The notes below the pieces were generated by a model that saw nothing but the letters and a program-made list of their open reading frames with translations, was not told the DNA's origin and ran no database searches. Made by a program: the position numbers and the translations under genes. From positions 9,548,001 through 9,612,000 of the forward strand of contig NC_043003.1 in the NCBI RefSeq assembly GCF_006345805.1: a stretch of DNA of 64,000 nucleotides, given 5' to 3'. How positions within the stretch are numbered: the first letter of the stretch is position 1; each line of letters begins with the position of its first letter. The stretch comes from Octopus sinensis. Its lineage: Eukaryota. This document shows positions 53,844-64,000 of the stretch, piece after piece.

Positions 53844-55681
53844 GTAAGTGATTTGCTTTACCCTAATTATTGTAATCGGTAGAATAATGTTTTATGAGAA
53901 ACTAAAATATATTTTCTTAGAAAAGATATATAAATCTTGTTACCAAATTGCCAAATATTTCTTAGGTTACTTTTCTTTGGAAAAAAATATGAGGCACTTA
54001 GTCTTTGATATAAACAAAGAACCATTCCTTTTCTTTTTGTATATCAATATGAGAACATGATACATAAAAATCCCAAACATATCTAAATTTATCAATGCAA
54101 GCGTTTTATTTAAGAATTTGAGTCTGCGATTATCTGTCCTATAATTTAAATTCCTTAGTCTTATGACCGCCATGCATTATCTATTTAATCTTTGTATTAT
54201 TTGATACATAGGTCAGTAATTAATAGATCACTAATAATAAGTCATAGATTGTTGGCCGTCTATCATTGTATTAATATCGCTCGTCTACATACCATTGATG
54301 AAAAGTCAGAGCTCTTTGTTACACAGTTTGTTGGTTTCATACCTCTTTACTAATAACTATTTTTCTAATCATCTTCAAAGTATATTTCATTGTTCTGTAG
54401 CCGTGATTGTTATAACATTGATACTGTTCCTCAAAGGAATATAAAAGGATTGAGATTTATATTCACTAAACCACCCGTGCGCCAGCCTAAAGCAGAGACA
54501 CATGAAGCACCACATGGAACGAAATCATTTACATTAGTTTGTAATAAGACGGATTATACGAATACTTAGCAGAATAACCTTTTGTTTTGATTACAGTAGT
54601 AATCCCTCTGGCCAGGGAAGTGATAAGATTCTTTAACTCCTGCGATTTATGATTATACAAGCATTCATCTTTCTTACAATAAATTGAGTTCAGCACTGTC
54701 TGATACTTGAACAGAAATTCTTGTTAGTCTCTCTCTTGCTAAGTTCAGGGATGTTTCCAGGCTATTGTTAAGTGTTCACTTTATAGGTTTTCAACAAGTT
54801 TAACTAGATTTAGCTGTAGGGCCTTGAGAATAATCTGGTTGAAAAATTACTTCCTGTGAATGACACGTAAAATGGCAATGACAGAGAAATAAGTTCGCTT
54901 CCAAAAAATTTCTGTTTTGTTTTTTAGCGTTCTCTCAATAATTTAAAGGCAGATAACAATCCTAAAACTGATAGTATTCTTCATTGTTTCTCTAACACAG
55001 TTAGAAAGAAATGTTCTCACGATTTGTATTTCACATATTTCAATCAATCGTTTCCAAAGATTGAGCTTTTTCGCCTCATTTCTCGATGACTTTGTGCTAA
55101 ACTTCTGCTCTCTGTCTCTAACCAATAAAAAAAGATTTTCCGATTCTCAAGAACATTCCTGCGTGGTCCATTTTTACGTCATATTCATACTCTAAATCCA
55201 ATTCCAAAATGCTTCTGTATCTTATATCTATGTTGCTTTAACTAAACCCACCATCTGCTAGCATTTGAGGTATTTCCTTTTACGTATATGGCAATCAAAA
55301 AGAACGAAGTAAATGTTAAGTCACTTACCATGCTCTCTTGTGTTTCTTCTGTTCTTGTGAATTTAACCCTAATCGTCGTCTCATCTCTCCTATACTGGAT
55401 TTTGTTGCACCTTCTCACTGTCTTTTAGCTAATTGTTAAAAGAATAAAACAAGGTATTGCACATTACTTAATCATCGTTATATGTTTTATCTTATATTTA
55501 AGCTTTCTATAATATGTAATTTTCTAGATTGTATAATTTAATTTTTCATTATTGAATTGATAAAATGTGTTTTTTTTCTAATTTATATATATATTATATT
55601 TTGTGAAATTTGATTTAGTATTTCTAGATTGAATTTTTCCCTGTAAGTTTGGAATAATATTCCCTCATATTATATATATAT

Positions 55682-55719
<38 letters not shown>

Positions 55720-55946
55720 CTTTATTTAAAGTAGCAGAAAATTCAACAAAACCTGTTACTCTGAGTTTCCCGTTGCCGCTCATCGGACAGTTTTTGCTAG
55801 CAAAACTGTCCGATGAACGGCAAAGGGAAACTCAGAGTAACAGGTTTTGTTGAATTTTCTGCTGCTTTAAATAAAGCATATTACTCTACCACTGGTATTT
55901 GAGTACTCTTTTTCCACCCTGTTTCACATTTATGTGTTTACTCCGG
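55720..55946 (+). mobile_element. Asymmetric fold-back element (Penelope-like) between (TA)n tracts
   Basis: 157-bp near-perfect palindrome 55720-55876 centred on GCTAGC, plus a 70-nt one-sided tail. Confidence 0.78.
55802..55848 (+). ncRNA. Hammerhead-like motif with CCGAUGA core
   Basis: Stem I aaaactgt/acag(g)tttt; CCGATGA 55810-55816; GAAAC-TCAGA-GTA 55827-55839. Stem II is damaged on this arm; the mirror arm has CG-GCAA-CG. Confidence 0.5.
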
Positions 55947-58354
55947 TATATATATATATATATATAATATATATATATATATACAGGTGTGTGTGTATAT
56001 ATATATATACACAGGTGTGTGTGTGTGTGTATGTGTGTGTGTGTGTGTGTGTGCGTGTGTTTGTGGCCGTCGTTTCTGATTTTCATATTTTGAGATTTCG
56101 AGGTAATGATGTACAACATTTTAAAAGTAGTTTTACTAAAGAAGTCGGAATATGTCAACTTACACAATAGGCTCGATACATTTTACATTCTGTGAATACA
56201 TTAATCCCTCGGCTATCATGAGTCTTACGTCCCAGAAACTCCTGTGATAGGTGAACATCTGCGAAGTAGAAACAATACTGTACCGTTTATTTTCTTTTAT
56301 TATTTTTACAATTTGTATATATTTATTGCATTACAAAAGCAAAACTACACCACGGAGGAATCGTCGTAAGCTTAAATAATAAACTGCGATAGGTGAACCG
56401 AGTTATGGCGAAGGATTACTGTATGTATAATATCTGTTTGAAGCTGTATGAAATAATAAATGTGTATGAAAATTGTATTTTCTGACAACTTAGCGGAAGT
56501 TACGTAAATAAATCCGTAATAGCTTGATATACACAGAGACACAGAGGTTGAAACAGTCACGTGAGTGTATGTGCGTGTGGATGTTAATATATTTACACAC
56601 ACACACACACACACACCCATTTGTACGAGTGGTTGTATGTTTGTGTATATGCATGCATGTATGTGATAATGTTTGCTTAATAAATATATAAGCGTACATC
56701 CAAGAAACATTTATTTAACTAATACGCGTTACTCTCGACACTTCTCTCATGTAAATAAGTAAAAAGTATGCACATTGTTCATCGTATGTTTGAGTTGTTC
56801 TGAGCTACTCCATATCTGTTTACAACACGCAAATATTTCTGATGAACCAGAGATCAAACAAACCTAGTCTAGTTATTCAATCTCTCTTTTCGAAAAAGCT
56901 CTGCAGTTTAACCGCATTATCTGTTTACATGTCGAATCGAAACGTATTGTTACCCGCCGACATGTTAATTTTAAAAAAAAATTGAAAAGTTTGTCCCAGT
57001 AATGACTATGCACTCCACAAATAGACATGTATTCTTATATTCTATTTGTAATTAAAATCCATTGAGAAATGCAGTTATATAGTACTGTAGTTATTCTTAT
57101 ATAGTACTTTAGTTTATCTTATATTTACTCTTATATAGTACTGTGTTTACTCATATATTGTAGTGTAGTTACTCTTATTTGAAAATGCAGCTTCATTTAT
57201 AGAGTAATTTCATTAATTTGGAATCTAGGTATCGTCTTTGTATATATTAAATTTTTTCGGTATAGGTTATCAATTATTTATTAATATTTTCATTTATTTG
57301 TGCGTCACAATATATATATATTTTTAATAAATATCTTCAACTTAGCGATCCAGTTGTTCTATATTCCTGCAAACTTATCGTTTGAATTAACCTTTTCCAG
57401 TTGTTATACTATCCACAGGTGTATAGAATGGCATTTATAATTTTATGGAAAACTAATGCATTGTGTATATTTATTATATTCAGGCGATGCACATTTTCCA
57501 TGCAACATTACTTTCAAAATTCTGAAAGAGTATTATTTCTGAGTAAATGAAATAGTATATGATAGTGATTCGTGCATGTTTAATATCAGTGGTGTTTCAT
57601 TATAAATGTTGCTTGTTCTCAGCATCAGAGGAGCTTCAAATTTACAAGCAGTTCTTATGCGAAAGACATTCCATGTCCCATCTATTTAGAAATCGAATGT
57701 TCTGAAAGCAAGGCAGCTGGCGTCAGTGACGCGGAAACTGATTTACTATCAGGAGTTGTCATACACGAGAAAAATTATATAGAAAATTTTATCAAAACAC
57801 ATATTATTGTAGAGACTCTTATTTCAGAAACACTTTTCAGCTCATCTGAAGCAACTATTTGGTTATTTCCAAGAAGTATATGTAACCATTTACAACGCAT
57901 GAAAAAGTTGATGAAATATATTTATAACGAGAGAGATAGATAGAGAGAGGGAGAGAGAGATAGTGGGTGTGTGATAACGTATCAAGTCAAATGGAAATTT
58001 TCATTTCAACAGCAAATACTGGTGCCAATTTCACCAACAATTGCACTTAACCATGCAAACAAAAATGCACATTTTGGCAAGCAGATATTATTTATGTTTG
58101 TCTATATGTGCGTAGTCGTATGAATATAAAAATCACCACAGGAAAACACAAGCAGGCGCTCTCTCGCTCTCTCACTCTCTTACTCTCATGCATAGGCGCT
58201 CACACCCACATATAGACCTCTATATATATGTGTAGATACACGCGCACATGCGTTCACATGACCTACACACATATGAATATAAATGTACATATGCAAGCAT
58301 ATATATATATAATTCAATACCCATATATATATGCATGTATGTGTATATGTATGA

Positions 58355-58438
<84 letters not shown>

Positions 58439-59327
58439 CACACACGCACACAAATACACACACATATCTATCAATTTATATATATATATATATATATATA
58501 ATTGGTTTTGCCGTCGCAATTGCGAAATATTTTTCTCATACCCGTAGCAATTTTGAAATATACGTAAATGATAACTTTAAGTTTCCAAGTCATATTTTTG
58601 TACATACGAAAGGATAGCCATATTTTATATTTGAAATTACTTTTGAAATAGTTTGTAATTATGCAGCTCACTCTAAAGAGCTACGCTTAGAAAATAATTT
58701 TGTTTCTATCAGAGAAAGCAGTTAAACTTGTCCATGTATTCTTAAGTTTAGGGTCTATATTTCTCCAGCTCAGTAGTTTCTCCGTGCAAATGTCTAGGAA
58801 TTGGACGTACATAAATACATACATACATACATACATACATACATACATACATACATACATCAATATCTTAGCATAAAGTTCCATCAAATTTATGACATCA
58901 CACTTGGAATGCTACATCCATACAATCCAAGAACATAAGATCCCCACCAAGTACCTAAAACATAAAAAGGAAACAAACGGTGACAGAGAACGTAGGCTGT
59001 AAAGGTACATTATTAACAACTATGAAAATATGTTTTCGAGTTTTTTTGCTGGTCAGAATGTTCTGGAATAGGATAACAAAAAAAAAAGGCTACCTGAAAA
59101 GGAAGCTGACCATATTGAATTGATGGGTCAAAAGAATACTGGTAGAACTTGGAAATTAAAGCAACTACTAAGTTAAAACAAAACCAGCCAGATATTGTTA
59201 TGTAGAACTACAATTTCTCTTGGATTATTTGTGGAAAATAACGTGTTGTTACCTGAAATTCATTAAAACAATGTAGTGTGTACTATTTTGAGGACGACTG
59301 CAAATGTAGTAATATTGTTTTGAGGGT

Positions 59328-59672
59328 AGGAGCTAGTCGATTACATCGAACCCCAATACTTTGCAGGTAGTTAGTTTATCGACTCCGAAAGGATCAAAGG
59401 CAAATTCGATCACAGCGGAATTTGAACTCAGAACATAAAGACGGATGAAATGCCGTTAGGCATATTTTTCTCTTGTACTCTAGGCACAAGGCCCGAAATT
59501 TTTGGAGTGGGGTCAGTGAATTAGATCAGCCCAGTACACAACTGGTACTTAATTTATAGACCCCGAAAGTATGAAAGGCAAAGTCGACTTCGGCGGAGTT
59601 TGAACTAAGAACGTAAAGACAGAAGTATCGCTAAGAATTTCGCCGGTGTGCTAACGTTTCTGCCAGCTCGCA
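59328..59672 (-). mobile_element. Two adjacent family A SINE units
   Basis: Two copies of the gaaaggcaaa(g)tcga...gaactcagaac motif, one with a full head. Confidence 0.8.
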
Positions 59673-60929
59673 GGATTAAGCCAGTAGTAATATTGATTAA
59701 ACAACGTTTAGAAAGCCTCATTGTTATAATGTCAACAAAGAGAAGAGAAATATGTTATTATCTGGTTATAAATGTTCTAAATTTCACATTATAAGGGAGC
59801 TATCTTTCAAATTTTCAGAAGAGAATCTCGTTACTATCATAAAATATAAAACAAACATTATGACTAAGAAGTTGTTTAATGTGTTTTTATGCTACAGTAA
59901 CTTTTATGACTGAATAAAGAGTCGTTATATATATATTAATCTACATAGTCACATGAATTTTATTTGAACTGATCCCTTCGTAAATATAAAAGAAACAAGT
60001 AAAACCCCAAAACTCGATTTTATGTCAATCAAATACTGTGAATGAAGTAAATAGTATAACAACATTCTCTCAACTCATTTCGAATAGGTATTTGCTTGAA
60101 TAGGTAATTTTAGCAATGGATAATGTAAAAACTGGTGTTTCCAAATACGATTACGCATTTTGAGCAATAAGCTAACGATTTACTCCCAGTCGCTCCATTC
60201 TCTCGTTACGTTCGAAATTGTTAATCGGTACAGATGTAAAACCATTGACAAAAATGTATGTATATGGCTTCTTTTCGTACACAACATCACATACATATAG
60301 AGGTTCATACAGGTTTAAACACAAAAGCTGCCCTGCGCATATTATTTTTTCTAGCTTGGAGTAGTGCTTTTCAAATGACCAATTTAATGTATATAATAGG
60401 AAATCCAAACAATATGATTTATCATCTGCTACTAATATACATACAAATGTACCCTCAAATATGTATATATATATAAATATATATATCTGTGTGTGTGTTT
60501 TTGAGTATGTGTGTGAATTCGTTTGTGAATGTGTTTGTGTGTGCGTATCTTTGTGGCTGTGTGCGTGTGTGTGAAATTATATCATCGAATAACAGACTAT
60601 ATGATTTTGTGTGTTTTATGTGCATTCAAATGTTATGATAAAAGAAAGTTGGTACATCAAGATGTAGAAATGCAATGAAAGGCAAATAGAATAATATGAA
60701 CAAATTAATAGTCATGTTTTAGCAGATTTCTTTGGCTGTATTGATTTTTGATACCTTGGTCTCTAAATTTCCTTTCACTCTGTACGCTTTGACTTATTAC
60801 ACAGTTTTGTCTCTTTCTCTCTCCGATTTTATTGAACACTCTTGCATATACGCAAATTATATTTGCCTGTGTCTATGTATGTTCGTATCTGAGTTGCCAA
60901 TCCAAATGCGACAATGATATACATTTCAT

Positions 60930-61570
60930 TAACAATGTGGTCTTCCAAGGTTGAACAGCCACTTTTGGGTTCACACAACAATCACCGTATGAAAGTGGAC
61001 GATGCCAATGTGATTATTATGGCAATGGTATTGGCGACGAGCATATCTCCTGATTATGTACTGATCTCGTCTGGTTGCCATCTACATTTTCAGTATACCA
61101 ACATCATCTTTACACAGCCGACACTAAAGAGTATGGTCAAAATTAGCATCCTACAACTCCATGCTTCTGGTCTCGTAATTCATCTCTGCTGAGCAGCATC
61201 CATATCATCGCCCCAGCCATTGCTGTAACTGGCCTGAAATCTTTGCAGTTGCTTTATGAAAATATTCTAGTGTGACCTACACACACACGAGTAATTCTCC
61301 CGTCGTTCTGAAAGTAACTCATTGCGATGCTATCCAAGGACTTGGTTCCATGACTACGGGCTGCTATGCCTTAAATTTGGAGAGTTCTATGTTGATATAG
61401 ATTGATTCTATACAGTGACCTTTGTCCACTGCCTCTATGCAGCAGTAGACGTTCAGTGACTTTATCCTCACATATAATGGTACGCCAATACGTTAAAAAT
61501 AGATGCTGATCGTCAACAGCATTGAAGGTAGGACAGAATGGTTGAAGTTGGCATTCGATTAACAGATACT
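60930..61570 (-). pseudogene. Highly degenerate CR1/L2-like RT fragment
   Basis: Minus-strand remnants KSLNVYCCIEAVDKGHCIESIYI and KWLFNLG resemble CR1 RT motifs; many stops. Confidence 0.4.
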
Positions 61571-62477
61571 CACATGCATACATTTGTATCTGTACATGTA
61601 TATATGGGTGTGCGACCCTGTGTTTATGTATGCAAGTGAGTTCGTATTTGTTTCCAGGGATATGTATGAGTGTGTGCGTGGCTATGTATGTCTGTGTGTA
61701 CGTGGACGTGTATGTGTGTGTGCATAAACTGATTTTAAACTCTTCAATTCTTTATACATATTTCCGTCCTAGCTATCTTCTATTTTCATCTATCTAATGT
61801 TTGTAATAATCTTTCCCTTCTTCGTTAACTTCTACCTTCTGTCTGCATCTCTCTTTCATTATCCACTTCTGTTTTGACATCTTATTCTGTATCTCATGCT
61901 ACTTTTCTCTCTCTAACGCATATTTTATCCATTTTATCCAATATCGCAAACAAGTATATCTCATGAAATATTTGTAAATTTATTTTACAGCAGCTCTTGA
62001 GCTTATTAGTCGATAATACTTTGTACTTCATGTGCAAATGAATACGTTGAATATTTATCATAGCTGTTTTGCGAAGTTTTCTCGAATGTATTTAGATTAA
62101 GATCTACAATTTAGAATTTGAAAGAAAAACGTGATGGTTGTAGTCCCCACACACACACACACATCATATATGTGTGTGTATGTGTGTCTTATGCTTATAT
62201 GTTTCTGTACATCAAGCTATAATTATTCCTTCCAGAAATAATTAATATTGAAATAGATGATAACCAATCTGGTATTTTATTGTATGTATGTAACTTTTTT
62301 TTAATACGAAGTTAGATGTAAGAGCATATTAGCTTTGAAAAAACGTTTAATCATAATTAATTTAATATAAATTGATTATTTTACCATGTTTACATAATAT
62401 TTACTGTTTCAATGAGCCAAATATTCTAAACATTATACTTGGAAAATCTCATTTTGTATTTTTTGCTTACATTTCAG

Positions 62478-62803
62478 ACACGCTGCAAGAAACAGAAAAA
62501 CTTAGTGATTCATTTATAAATAAACTCAGGAAAAAATACCCAGCAGACATGGAAGGCATGCAGGAGCACTTGATCTATGTTTATGAAAAAGTTCTAGACT
62601 CCGTAATGACGTGGCCCAAGAATAGCTCGGTGCCCAACACAACCCGTCCAATACACCGCTCGCGACGTGCAGCCGACGTCGACCCTATAATGGAAAAGTG
62701 GAATGTTCATGTGCGGTTACCCGGCTCTCATACGCTCGAAGAAGAGATAGGGCACGCCTTCCATTTGGCCAGTATCTCCATACTTGCAGTCTTAGTCGCT
62801 GGT
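62478..62803 (+). CDS. HVCN1: Hv channel exon encoding the long S1-S2 loop and S2 (DTLQETEK...RSRR...EEEIGHAFHLASISILAVLVA-G/E)
   Basis: atttcAG acceptor; phase 1 continues the S1 exon (G+AC = Asp). The C-terminal part matches human S2 FHYMSITILVFFMME. The donor is at 62802 (phase 1) or 62804 (phase 0). Confidence 0.88.
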
Positions 62804-63289
62804 GTAAATATGCACTTTTATTTTTCCATTATTCATTATGTTCTTAAGAAAAAAAAATGGTAAACGATAAAATGCACTTCACATAAATAACCATCAATTG
62901 TGTAAACAAAATATATCTGAGGGTTTATGTGCATATGTGGGTTGTGCGCGTGATGCTTTGCGTGTATGTATATATGTATATATACTTTCATTGTTTAATT
63001 GGCAGGTAGTTATAAAAGTGAGCGGAGGCTCGAGAGATTTTGATATGGCGTTTATCTTTATTTACGCATACACACGCAAACACAAAAACACGGGTCCGTG
63101 CGCTCACACACACACACACACAGGCTTACAGGTTTGGTAGAACAAACAAATTAGTTAAAGTGCCATGGTATAAAATCCTTCGCTGTTTATTCGCTTATAT
63201 AATTTATAGGCGATATTCTTAGACGTATCCATATGTAGACATGCATAAATATGTATATGCATATGCTGGTATATTAATTTATTATTAAT

Positions 63290-63565
<276 letters not shown>

Positions 63566-64000
63566 TAATTTGTCACAAATCATTCTCTTACATTTTATGT
63601 TATTAATCCCCTTCTTACCTGAGTTAGTTTTAAATATTTATCATTATTGAACATGGTAGGTTTTATTCTAGCATTTTCCAGATTGTTTTATTAATCTATT
63701 TGCTTACCTATTTAGGTTTCAAAAAATGCAACTTGAACTGTAAGCTTACAAAATATAATACAGAATGGAGTTATCATCCAATATCTGACAAGTCTTCTTG
63801 TCATCATTTCAAAATTATCTTTCCGCTCCATCTTGTCATGTGACAAAATTTTGTAGAATGAAAGTCATTTTGGAAAGTAAAAAATTAGTTTTATGTAATA
63901 ATGAAGGACAATCCGCTGACTGTATCATGTTCTCTTCTCTCCACTTATGATAATATATTAAAGTGATTTTGTTGCATCTGTCAAGTTGAAGTAGACACGG

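Overview
AT-rich, microsatellite-dense metazoan DNA, most likely an Octopus genome. That assignment is inferred from the SINE types, (TA)n/(TAA)n density and intron sizes. One protein-coding gene runs on the + strand: a voltage-gated proton channel (Hv/HVCN1-like). It has a probable N-terminal exon at 11952-12073, the S1 exon at 53719-53843 (with the selectivity Asp) and the S1-S2 loop/S2 exon at 62478-62801/62803; S3-S4 lie beyond the window. The channel is unusual. Its S1-S2 linker is ~98 aa versus ~14 in human Hv1, and carries two N-glycosylation sequons and an RSRR furin-type site. The hydrophobic-gasket positions are C and L instead of V109 and F150. The rest of the window is intronic/intergenic repeat: about ten R4/Dong-like LINE fragments tied to (TAA)n tracts, many tRNA-derived SINEs (some as multimers with a palindromic junction), a dead Tc1 element, Tx1- and CR1-like fragments and two microsatellite-bounded tandem duplications. 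The most unexpected signal is five asymmetric fold-back elements from four unrelated sequence families, each with a minimal type-I hammerhead-ribozyme-like motif, as in Penelope-like retroelement pLTRs. Their core 3-8 tertiary pair appears as C-G, G-C and possibly A-U. Most ORFs in the supplied track are microsatellite artefacts. All structures and alignments were done by eye.
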